Below are positions 23,741 through 35,700 of a stretch of 64,000 bases of DNA, piece by piece. This DNA is from Mustelus asterias. Its lineage: Eukaryota. Positions within the stretch are counted from its first letter, which is position 1, and each line of letters begins with the position of its first letter. Under the pieces are notes generated by a model. That model was not told the origin of the DNA. It saw only the letters and a program-made list of their open reading frames with translations, and did no database searches. Location: contig NC_135804.1 in the NCBI RefSeq assembly GCF_964213995.1, forward strand, positions 97,960,001 through 98,024,000, written 5' to 3'. Made by a program: the position numbers and the translations under genes.

Positions 23741-25589
23741 AATTTCTTCAACATGCATTGTTTTCACTTAGCTAATTGCCAATTCTTCAAAAAGCTCTGT
23801 TACTTTGGTCAAATGTGAGTTATCTAATTATCTAATTAACCCACACAAATTGGATGCTATTAAATGCTCACTAACTGCTGTTCAAATTAAGGCCCTAGAA
23901 TTCCTGGGGTTCGCTGTATCAGCACCTGACTGATAGAATCAAAATCACACCGTCACTTGCCTCTACCTGCAGCCAGCCAATTATTTGGATAGGTTTTCTA
24001 ATGAATCTTTGCTTTGTATTCACTATCCTGATTCCACAAAGAAAACTTAGGATCCTTGTGTTTCTTTACCAACTTTAACAATTTGTCATTCCATTTTCAA
24101 AGGTTGTGTTTCTGAACATTTGGACTGGATTTTAACATTTGAATTGACTGACAAGGGGCAATCTTACCAAAAAAATTATACGTGCAAAGCGAGAGTGAAA
24201 ACAGGAGAGAATCGCACTGTTTTAAAAATGGAATCTGATTTCCACCAGCAGGGGGAGGTGCGGGGCCCAAGCTCACCGAAAGCCGGCATCTGGCAGCAGA
24301 GTTCGCAATTGCGCATCTCAGATCTGTGAACACAGAGATCCGTCATTCACTGCCTCCCCCAGCTACCACTGGCCTTTGCGGCCGATCCCTCCTGCTCCAC
24401 GCCATTGTTGACCTCCGTGGCTGATCCCCCCGCCTGGGCTGATAACTCCTCCTCCACACATGGGCTATCTGATCCCCCCACCCTCATACGTCCTTTCTGT
24501 TGTACGGACCATCCTAGTCCCCCTATCCCCACAGTCCCCAGCTATCATGGGGCTCCGCAGCCGTGCCACCCTCCTCCGTGCATGGACGGGCCAATCACCG
24601 GTTGCAGACTGTGGAGTGTGTGCCCTCCCCAATCACTGTTGCAAAGCATGCAGCATGTCCCCCCCCACCACTCCCCGATGTGGGTAGTGGTACTTAGCTG
24701 GCAGGGGTGAAACCGTTAGCATCTGGTAGGTGTGTGCTTGAGACTGTTTGGCTAAGTGAAGCATCAGATCAAGCTCAAGGTCATTTGCAATGTCTTTTCT
24801 TCTCATCTTGGATCTTGTATGCCTCTCTTGTGGGAACTATGAATTGGATTCAATTTGAATTGGTTTTTGGAGCAAGCAAGGAGATGAATTAGGAGCTTGC
24901 CTGCTCGTTCCATGCATTGGCTTTGTAACTTTATGAATGGAGTAAAAATGGAATTGAAACCTGAAAGTTTATGGTACAGATATTTCCATGGCTCTTTTAT
25001 TGAAAAAGGGAAGAGTCCCATTACTCTTACCACCAGCCTCAGTCTGAGACCTGCATGCTGCCACACTCATCCTAATGTCTAAGTCTGCCCTCGTCCCAGT
25101 CTTGCTGGGATCCTCAGTCTCCAAAACCCAGAAGACGCTGGCCATGAGTGTGCAGCAGTCAGAGCACGGGAGCGAGTGGCCTGTCACTAGAACCACTCAA
25201 ACCACAGAGTTAGCACCATCTGGAGTAACAGGAAATGGAAAAGTAAGACTCCATAGTTTCACAAGGGAAATCACCAGGGTGTTTAAAAGTTTGTTGAATT
25301 GTCATTTTGATTTTCAAAATTTTGCTCGATAAACTTTATTTCAAAGCTACATTATCCATTGATCCCACTGTTGCCTGTTGCTTGCTAAAGGGCCTTAAAT
25401 CTTGTGAAAAATACTGAGCCAAGAGTAGACAATGTGCAATGGGTGCCAGTGAAAGGAGTGGATCTTCACAGTAGGTTGCTTTGTGGTGGGGTTGAGCACA
25501 ATAGGTTCAGAATTAATCTACCAAAAAGTTCAGATTATTGTAAGTGTTCAGAATCAGTTAACCCCATGCATCCCTGACAGCTGAGTTTG

Positions 25590-25770
25590 CAGCTGCAGGT
25601 ACTCTGGTCATGTCAAGCTTCTTCACCACCTTGTGCTCCTCCCTGTGTTCCTCCGGTTATCTTCCTCCTCCTCCTTCTTCTCCTCAGCACTGAAGATGCA
25701 GAGCAATCATCCTGTAGCTCCAGGCCCCTCTGCCGTGCTGTGCTGATGAAGGTGCAGCACACTGATTTCA
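25590..25770 (-). pseudogene. Harbinger transposase C-terminal remnant
   Basis: Minus strand reads VCCT(L)H.-ARQRGLELQDD followed by a poly-E tract, parallel to 7200-7330. Confidence 0.55.
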
Positions 25771-25827
25771 TTAAGCAATAACATTCCATTTGTCTTCCTA
25801 ATTACTTGCGCCACCTGCATACTCACT

Positions 25828-26610
25828 GGGCCCAATTTTACCATTTTGATTCTAAGTGCTGGGTGGATTTGAAACTGGGAGTGTTTCAGATCCAACTTTC
25901 AGACCCGCTCTCAGGAGCCCCCATACACAATCTGCCTGCAAAAATATCAGCAATTCCGAATCTCGCTGCAAAAGCCTGTGGGTGGGGCTTAACGCACCCG
26001 AAACACTTCAGCTCCGATTGGAGCCTCCAACTGCGCGTGTGCAGAAAATAAAACTGATAGAATGCAGCTCCCCTGCCACATCGCTCCTCCTGGCCCCCAC
26101 AGACATTGCCCCACCCCCACAACATTACTGACCCCCTTATCCCCCAGCCACTCTGCCCAGACCGATCACGGGCCCCTCGCCCTCTTCCCCCCACTGATCT
26201 CAGGCAGAGTGGCAGTGGACCCTCCCCACACTGATCTCAGGCAGACTGGCAGCAGATCCCCTCCTTTCCCCTCACTGATCACAGGCAGACTGGCAGCAGA
26301 CCCCCCTCCCATTCCTCCTCACTGATTCCAGGCAGAGTGGCAGCAGACTCCCCTTCCCCCTTACTGATCTCAGGCAGAGTGGCAGCAGACCCCCCTTCCC
26401 CCTTACAGATCTCAGGCAGAGTGGCAGCAGACCCCCCCCCATTCCTCCTCACTGATTTCAGGCAGAGTGGCAGCAGACCCCTCCTCCCCCTCCTCCTCAC
26501 GATCTCAAGCAGAGAGCCATCGGACGCTGGGCACCTACCTCCTCACTAACTGGGGAAGTGCCGGTAAAGTTGGGCATGCGACCATTAAGTCAATTTAAAT
26601 TCATGCATAT
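25828..26610. mobile_element. Non-autonomous Harbinger-like element of the 1290/48796 group, right end missing
   Basis: Starts with the TIR GGGCCCAATTTTACC; 25828-26200 is the reverse complement of 50070-50480. Confidence 0.8.
26190..26518. repeat. Minisatellite, about 7.5 units of 37-48 bp
   Basis: Unit ACTGATCTCAGGCAGAGTGGCAGCAGAC followed by a variable C-rich linker. Confidence 0.9.
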
Positions 26611-27559
26611 CTTATACAATGGCCTCCGTGGTCACCATGTCTGGTCTCTGTATGTAGAGACCAATAATGATCCCTGTTAGCGCCACGCCACGCCACGCCA
26701 ATGAGTGGGAACATTGTATATTCCCAGAGGACTTGGCCTCAAGATGCCTTTGCATATTAAAGTCTTTTGTTAGGGTATGAGATCAGAAACCCCAAGGTAA
26801 ATGATGAAGTTTAATTAAACTCCAACTCTATTTGCTATTTTGGCATGAATGTGAGGATATGATGTTTCACTCCAGGCATGATTCTACTGACAAACGGTCA
26901 AGCTTTTATCAAAACAAACTTTATTTAGCACAATTTTACTCTAACAAATGAATTAGCTTAACATTTAACAATTGAACAATTCTTAAACATAGAAAGATAC
27001 AATTGTTAACTGCGAACCTATCCCTATGAGTTCTAATTCAAGTAATATTCCTTTTTACAGACTTACAACCCCTCTTTAAAGTCAGTTAGCAAACACAGAC
27101 TAATCTATTTGTAATTAGATTGCCAGGCCTAGAGTTCTCAGAGTGTTTCTGTAGACAGAGGTAGGGAGACATGTCTTGCTTCTTTCAGAACGAGGCTGAA
27201 ACTGTCTGTGCCAGGCTGGCACTGGCCAAGGGGCACACCGTCTACCCCCAAACTCCCGGGGGGGCCTCAATGGCCTCTGTCCCCACCAGTGAGGCCATCA
27301 CACCTGCTCCCTGTTGATGGGGGATCAGCTTTAATCCCTCCACATGGGAGTGGGGTGGGAAAAGTTAGCAAGCCCAGACAAAACTGTCCTGGGCTCACTA
27401 ATGACATTCAAATTCTGATCTTAATCTGGTAATCTGCCTCACTCTGTTTCCAACCGCAAGGTTGATTACACCATAAACAATCCAGCTCGATGCCAGTTGT
27501 GATTCCCGTTTAAGCCCTCCCGCTGATATTTCCTGGCCTGCTGCACTACCCAAGCAGCA

Positions 27560-30300
27560 CAGTGGGCCAGGAAAATCGTGCCCCACATCTTTTAACCACA
27601 TTGTTTGTTACTTCCTCAAAGAACTTCAATAAATTAAACAACGCAATTTCCCTTCACAAAAACAAGTTGAATCTACCTGATTGCATTGAGATTTTCTGGT
27701 TGCCTGACTATAACATGCTCAAGAATAGATTCCAGCATTTTCCCTTTGACAGATGTTAAGCTGTAGTTTGGCCTGTAGTTTCTTGATTTTTGCCTCCTCC
27801 GAGAAGTTAATGTGTTATTTTCCATTTTGATGGGATCTTTCCAACATGTTGGGAATATTTAAAAATTAAAACAAATACATCTACTTTCTCAGCAATTATT
27901 TCTTTTGAGTCCTTAGGGTGAAGTCCATCGGGACTTGGGGCGGGTACTATCCAGCTTTTAGTTGTGATGATACTGTAATGTTAATATATTTTATGTTTAA
28001 GGGGAACTTCTTTAAGAGGCGGTGTTTTTCTACAGAGAATCAGTTTATCTGGCAGGAATGCAGCAGATGCTGAGAAAGCAGAATAATTACTCATTTTAGA
28101 CACGGTGTTGTTAAATTAAGTTTGTTTTGTTAAAAACTCCCTAATTTGTCAGTAGAATTATGCAAAACATCCTATCCTCACATTACTGTCAAAATAGAAA
28201 ATTGTGGGAGTCCAGTCTGTTTTATAATATATCTTGGGGTTCTGATCTGGCACTCCAGCATTGTAATAATTTTCTCATTATTCTTTTCCTAGTGATTATA
28301 ATTTTTTTACTCCCTCCCTACCTTTCGCCTCCTTATGCATACTTATTCCTGGAATGTTACTTGCATCCTTCACAGCAAAGACAGATGCAATCTGTTCAAC
28401 TCATCCACCATTTCCTTTTTTCCATTAAGTAATTCCCCAGATTCACCCTGTAGAGGAACGATGCTCACTTTACTTATTCCTTTCCTTTTTAAATACCTGT
28501 TGAAACTCTTAGGCTGGGATTTTCCAGCCCCAGTGTGGCAAGTCCTAACTTGGCTGATGCAGTGGGCTATTCAAACTTCTATTCACTTCAGTGGGACTGG
28601 AAGATTCTGTTGGTGGGAGGGACCAGAAAATTCTGACCTAACTATTTGTTTTTATATTTCTGGCCAACTTTCTCTCATACTCTAATTTCTCTCTCCTTAC
28701 TAATCTTTTAGTAATGCATTGTTGTTCTTATATTCAGTTCAATCTTCTGACCAGCCACTCATCTTTGTGAAGTAAACACATTTTTTCTTTCAGTTTGATA
28801 CCATCTTTGACTTCTTTGGTTAACCATGGACAGTGTGTCATTCCCTTAGAGTCTTTCTTTGTCACTGGAATGTTTCTTTTCCAAGTATTCTGAAATCTTT
28901 TCTTAAATGCCTTGATTTGATTTGATTTATTATTGTCACGTGTATTGGTATACAGTTCTTTGCTGTATCTCTAATGACCTATCCCATAACTTAATTCCCA
29001 AGTTCACTTTTGCCAGTTCTGTCTTCATACACTTTAGTTGCCCGATTTAAGCTTAAAATACTAATTTTGATCCACTCTTCTTTCCCTCAAACTGAATGCA
29101 AAATTCAGCCAAATTATGATCACTGTTACCGCGGTGTGCCATTACCATGAGGACATTAATTAATCTTGTTTTGTTGCATATTACCAGATCCGGAATAGCT
29201 TGTTTGCTGGTTGGCTCTCGCAAGTGCTGCCCTGAGAAGTTAACCCAAAAACACTCTATGAATCATCTTCCAGGCTAATTTTATCAATCCGATTCACCCA
29301 GTCAGTTTGTAGATTAAAATCGCCCATGATTATCATTATACATTTTTCACAAGCCCCCATTATGTTTTCCTGTATAATCCATCCCACAGTGAGGTTACTG
29401 TTTGGGGGGGCCTATAAACTACCCCCACAAATGACTTCCTACCTTTAATATTCCATGGGGGATTCTCCGGCTGCGCTTGCCTCAAAACCGAAGAATCCTG
29501 CCTGAGGTCAATGGACCTTTGCATGGTCTGCCCCCGCCCACTAAAATCCCCGTGGCGGGCGCAACGGGAGAATTCCGGCCCATATCTGTACCCAAACTGA
29601 TTCTACATCTTGACCGTTAGATGTAAGGTCATCTCTTTCTATTATACTGTTATCCTTAATTACCAGAGTTACCCTTCAGCTTTCCTGTTCTTCTGAAATG
29701 TTATGCACCCTTGAACATTCAGGTTCCAGCCTTTACCACCTTGCAGCCATGTCTCTGCAATTGTTATCAGGTTATCTATTTGAGCTGTCAATTCATCTGT
29801 TTTGTTGCATTCAGGTACAAAGCTTTAACACTTTTTAAACCATTTTTGGAAACTCTGGCCCTATCTATTGGTGCATACTTACTTTTGTATACTCTGTCCC
29901 TTCCTGCCATACTTTGATTATCACTTCTCTTATTACTATCTTGCTCTCTTGCCTTGTCTTCCTACATCTTCCCACATTTCAACCCTTTGCCCACGATTTA
30001 ACTTAAAGCCCTCGCTATCACTCTAGTTATATGACTAGTCAGAACACTGCTACCAGCACAGTTCAGGTGAAGAGTGTACCAGCTCCTAATTTGTCTCATA
30101 CTGGTGTTAGTGTCCCATGAATCAAAATTCATTTTTCCTATACCAATCTTTGAGCCACGCTTCCAACTCCCTAATTTTATTTACCCTACACCAATTTGCT
30201 CTTGATTCAGGTAATAATTCAGAGATTGAATTATTTCCAATAATTGAAAATCTTTGCGGTTTTGCTGTTTAATTGAGCTCCTAGCTGCTCGTACTCCCTG
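27560..30300 (-). mobile_element. Old long CR1 (end of ORF1, APE endonuclease, start of RT), fragmented by later insertions
   Basis: Minus-strand motifs GVVYRPPNS (about 29395-29425), IIMGDFN..DW (29300-29335) and WLQG...WNLN.QG (29710-29750); ORF1 end near 30000. Confidence 0.65.
29457..29580. mobile_element. MITE, TSD CAT
   Basis: GGGGGGATTCTCC...GGAGAATTCCGGCC, flanked by CAT at 29454-29456 and 29581-29583. Confidence 0.8.
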
Positions 30301-30304
30301 AGCA

Positions 30305-30540
30305 GAATCCAGAAAGCTCATCCTCTGCCTATATACTCTGTGCTGAGGATACACTTCCTGTGAATTGGAGGTTAGTGTTTAGCCCCTCTGCCCTGTGGAG
30401 ATCTTTCTTGCTCTTGCTGCTGCAGGTGCCACTGCAGGTGCTGCGGTTGGTGGTGCACCTGGTGCTGCTTTTCTTGTTCCTTATCTGAAGTCCAGGGTTG
30501 AGCTGTATGAGTGGTCCCCATGCTATGATGAAGGCTGACA
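30305..30540 (-). pseudogene. Harbinger transposase N-terminal remnant
   Basis: Minus strand 30360-30308 reads YPQHRVYRQRMSFLD, typical of the HARBI1-like N-terminus (RVYR.R...L). Confidence 0.55.
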
Positions 30541-32478
30541 GCTGGAAAATGCAGCTCAAAGTCAAAAACCTCAGGTAGTTATTACCTCAAAGTCTCGGAA
30601 ATCACTTCCAAATCACTGAAAATCCACTGTCAGAAAATATCCTGTGTGCTAAAGACTTTCACCTCATCAAAGAAGTATTTCTGTCTTTAAAAGGTCTCCA
30701 GCCTGTCATTGCTCAAGGCTGTCCATTGCCATTTTCCTCTTGCCTTATTCAGCTTGTTGAGTTCCAGGAAGTGCAGGAAGCCCATGCTCTGGAAGTTAAA
30801 GCTGGAAACAATGGCTAAAGATACAGTCAATTGAATTTTACCATAAGTGAATTGCAGACCTGCCTGTTCCATAGGGGCTTCTGAGTGCTTGTGAACACAC
30901 CCCAGTTAACTTCAGAAAGCGGTAACTTTGCAATATATTTGGCGTTTTTAAAAAGTTTTAACACCCCGTATGCATCAAAACCCACATACCCTGGCAGGCT
31001 AAAGCTCCATTTCTCACCATAATTCTATCTGATTCTCTACTACTTTTCAACTCTAAATGTTCTTTTCCTATTTTTTTCAAAATGTATTACCTGATGTTGA
31101 ATTTCACCTAGTATATAACTTCCCAATCTATTAATCTGTCTGCTCAATGTCACTTACAATCCTCTTCCATTCTCCATGTTTCCTATTTCTGAACCTGCAT
31201 CAAATTTGATACTCTGCCCCTGTACCCAAATCCAAGTCTTTATATAATGGGGAAAAAAAACAGCATTTCAGCTCTCCACTATGTACATCTGCCTATGTTC
31301 CTCACCCCCTTGTCATTATATTCCTCACCATTGAAAGAAGTAAAATTGCACAATTACTACACTTTTCACTCATGGTGCAGTGTTGGCTGTTGCTGCATCT
31401 GGGGTCCATTATTTGTAAAGCTCTACGTTTGAGTTTCCTCTGTGGGAAAGGTTATTGGGACAAGGGGGCATTCCTTTCAAGCACACGTATCATTGGTTGA
31501 GTGAATATATATTTTCTCAGAGGAATATCACTCTTTGGGGCAGGTTTCTTGTGGATACAGTATGTACAGCTACCTTACAACCATTTAAGAAGGCACTTGA
31601 CAATTCCTGAGGAAGGATGGCATTGGATCTAAGCAATGTTTTGTCAGTTAGTTAAGTTGAACTAATACTATGTCCATTGGTAACCACGTTCTATTGAAGT
31701 TTACTTGATTGCTTTATTGAGTGTGGAATGAATCCCCCAGAGAATTTCCTGGAATAGGCTGTGATTTGTTTTCCTTTAGCTAAGATTGGGAGATGACAGT
31801 GCGCAAGATTGCACCATCTGTCAAGTACTCTATTAAATTTGTAGCTCAACCAGTTAAACTGATTAGTAACATTTCAGTTGGAACAAGTATAAATAAGGGA
31901 ATTGGTGTTAAGAGTATTCCTTGACAACAAAGCTCTAGAAGGCATTAATTAAAATTAAACATCATATTGACTAGATTCTAAAAGAGGGAATATATTTAAT
32001 TTAAGTCATAGATGTGAGGCTGAGACCTGTTGCTTTCAATCCTTTGTATGGGGGAACTTCAAACCACTTCATGTGTCTTGGGGGACCACGTGTGAAGGAA
32101 GATTTTCAAACTGCAGGAGCTAAAGTTCAGGATTTCCAAGCTTGAGGAGCAGCTGTAGTCACTGTGGTGGGTCAGGGAGATAAAACGTTCCAGGACCTTA
32201 CACTCAAGGAGGTGTCAGTGGACAGACAAAGAGAATTCAGGATAGATGGGTGGCCACCTGAAAGGGTAGGAAGAGGCAGGAGGTGCAGGAGTCTTTGAGG
32301 AGTGTGCCACTCACATTGGAGACTGCTAAACTGGGTCATGCTCTGTATATTATAAGCTTCCAGTCAATAGTTTATATTTTAAAACTGGACACAAAAGCCT
32401 AAACAAAATGACAGCTCAAGGGTGACCTAACTTCTTTTGTGGATTGAAATTACTCCCCTGTCTCAAGAGAAAACATAA

Positions 32479-32788
32479 GGGGCCGGCAAGGTGGTAGAAT
32501 GTGTAGCACTGTAGCCACACAGTACTAGGGACCCAGGTTCAATTCCAGCGTCTAATGACTGTCTATGTGAAGTTTGCACATTCTCCCTGTGTCTGCATAG
32601 GTTTCCTTTGGATGTTCTGGTTTTCTTCCACAGTCCAAGGGTGTGTAGGTTAGGTGGATTGGCCATGATCAATGCAAGGGGTTACAGAGTTAAAGTGGGG
32701 GATTGGGCCATGGTAGGGTGTTCTTTTGGAGGGTCAGTGCAAACTCGATGAGCCAAATGCTTCTTCTGCACTGTAGTGATTCTATGAT
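32479..32788 (+). mobile_element. HE1 SINE, diverged, CR1-type tail
   Basis: Head GGGGCCGGCAAGGTGGTAG, B box GGTTCAATTCC, tail CTGCACTGTAGTGATTCTATGA. Confidence 0.8.
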
Positions 32789-35700
32789 AAGGAAAATTCA
32801 AGACTGGTGTGAATCAATGCCCCTTTCTGAAACCAATCCAAAAGGATATTATCAAATTGAATAGGTTATTCAAAAGCAGAGGTGCTGATTGTGTCAAAGC
32901 TGCAAGATGTTAAACCACATTACAGGATATTGGAATCAATATACACACTGCGTTTTATTTTTGGAAAAGGACCTTGAACTTGTAAAAGTCCCGTGATGAG
33001 AGAGCCATGTTGTTGTCAGCTTTATAAATCAGCTAGAACACCAAAATCCATCAAACTAGCTGCAAGTAGTCCAAGCAGCCAAGGTAATTAACAGCAGTAT
33101 CTTGAAAGTGGGAGACCCGAGCAGTGAGAAGGACTCCCCCAAGCTGTTCCAGCTAAAGTTCATCTGAGAGCCAACCTCCTAGAAATTCAAATATAGGAAA
33201 CCTTGCAACATCTGAGACTCCTTCAGCTAACAAGACACTCACTCCAACTTTAAAGCATCAGCTTCATTCAAGAAACCAGGTCTGCTTACATGGGAGATGG
33301 AGATCATAAAACAAATACCAAATTAGCCACAATTTGGAACCGTACTCTAGTATTCAATTTTTGTGTGTGTGTGGGAACAAGTATGAGAGATATCACAATT
33401 TATATTTGGGATAAGTATGTGAGATTAAATAACCTTTTTAGTTTTAAACTCATAAAAGCTTGCTGTTGAAATTATTTAATGTTGGAACCACATTCCAATG
33501 GTAGAAAAATGCACATCTCTTACATCACACTGTTCACAGGCAGTAAGAAAACATATAAATTCTTTCCATGTCAGAATTGGGTGCTGCAGTCTGCGATATA
33601 AATCTATGAACTCGAGCAATCTGGTGCATGTTAATGGAAACTGTTGGGATCAAAGTGACCAGAAATATAAGTTTTCTTTTAACGTTGAAAAGTTTGAAGA
33701 GCTGGGGCGTCTTGGATGGATTGCATGCTTCTTCACCCATTTCGCAGTTTGGCCACTTCTGCTGGTACCCTGAGGTGCTGCTGCCTCTCTCCTGCAAGGA
33801 AGTGGCAGACCCCAACATGGCTGCTCCCTGCCTTTGCTGCGTAGACAACTCCTGCCTTCTCATGGAGCTCAGTAACACTAATTGGGTGCTGAATCTCCTC
33901 CAACACAGTTCGTTACATTTTAAGGTAGTGTCACATGAAAGATGCTGTTGCGGTGTGGCATTCAAACCTAGAACAAGTGTTCCGGACCCCGATTTGAAAA
34001 TTCAGCCCAAAGACTCTATCTCATGGATAAGACGTGTCGTGATGGGTCTGACAGTATTTTCTCACACAATGTTTGTATGTTTGTAGAAGACAAAAGGCAT
34101 TACTCATTCCATACTTTATTGTTCTGCCTGTGTGCATTTCGTGCGCTGTCACAGGTTGCAGCTTTCTTAAGACAAAGGCTTATTTGTGAAAAGGGTCCAA
34201 ATGAGTTTGAGAGATGATCATCCAAGTTTAATTGGGAAAGAGGAAGGAAGCAATCTTAACTTAGGATGAACCTCTCTTAAACCCAACAAACCAAGGCCAG
34301 TACTTTCCCTGAGAATGAATAGTTAGAACAATGGTTTTGGGTGCGGCAGACAGATGATGGTGAATGAATATTGCCTTCTTCCTCTATATCTGCCTTCTAG
34401 ATGTAGCGACCTATAGCTATCCATTGTCAGCTGTTTCAATTATTTATGATAACATTTCTAGCACCAGTAAAACAACCGTTCATAACTCAGATCTGCCAAG
34501 GTTTTATTTGTTATTAATAGGCTGAGCCATTTCTTCTCATTGATTTATTTCATAATTGTAAATTTTCAAACAATGCCTTTTTACTTAAGCTACGTTGTTT
34601 GTTATCATGATGTTTTAAAAATTCGTTCACAGGATATGGGTGTCACCAGCAAGGTCAGCATTTATTGTCCATCCTTAATTGCCCTTGAGAAGGTGGTGGT
34701 GAGCCGCCTTCCCACCATGATGGGATTTGAATTCATGTTTTTCAATAACCCATTCAGTTACATAAGCACCATGCTCGCTCATCTCTGTACAAGTAGCACT
34801 CTTTCTTACTATCAGGAAAGGGTATTCATAATCAGAGGTTGCTATAGCTGAACTTTCAAGTTATTGTGATTTTTATTCTGAATGAATTTTACTTTTCTGC
34901 CTTTTTTTATAGTGTGCTCATCATGCAGGGGGTAGAATGTGTTTTCCTTTTGTCAGGCAACCAGCAGACAAAGAGGAATTTAATACCAACACATTTGGCT
35001 GCACTTTGACCTCTGGTGGCAGAGGTTAACAGCAAATGTCCAACAGACTGCAGAATTGAACCCTGCACCCCAGCACTGCCGCCAACCCCCTCGTCTTGTT
35101 CCTGAGTTGGAAAGCACAAGCACATTAGCTCAGCAGTTCAATTCCTTCTTGGGGCAGCATTTTGACAGAGAGGACAAATATTGTGGTGAAATTCTAATCC
35201 ACTGGATTTCCACTGGAGGAATCATCTGCAAATATCAATAGGAACTCGTGGGGGGTTGACGGGGGGTGGGGGGGGGGGGGGTGGGGGTGGGGGGCGGTGG
35301 TGCGGAGGGGGTGGATCTGCAAATATTCCCGGGGTACCCTGGAGACTTTGCCAGACACACTTGGAAATTGGAACATAGGGGGGTAGACATAGGTGCCCAA
35401 TAAACCACCACGTAGATCCCATGAAGTGAAATTCCAAAAGGAATCAAGTGCTTTTAGAATTGCACGTCCACCAGCGAGACAACAGAATAGTTGACTAATC
35501 TTAACATTTTTGGCTCCATTGGATTTGGCTCCCCCTCTGGGGGTGGCAAGATGGCAATTGTGTAATATGGCAGTTTCAATGGTTGTGTGCCCCTTCTGAG
35601 TTGCTACTGGCATAGGAACACCTCTAGAATGGAAATTACCCTCTTTCTAGAATTTTTCAATCTGACCTAAGGGAGTGGGTGGTGCTAGTCTTACACTAAG

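Noticed and set aside
26190-26518. CRISPR-like array (constant ~28-bp repeat with variable spacers)
   Set aside because: The linkers are short, similar C-rich runs, the context is a vertebrate transposon and there are no cas genes. It is a minisatellite.
35250-35312. G-tracts and poly-Pro/Gly ORFs (also 20232-20278, 23187-23225, 4550-4640)
   Set aside because: Low-complexity expansions inside repeats. They could form G-quadruplexes but there is no evidence of function.
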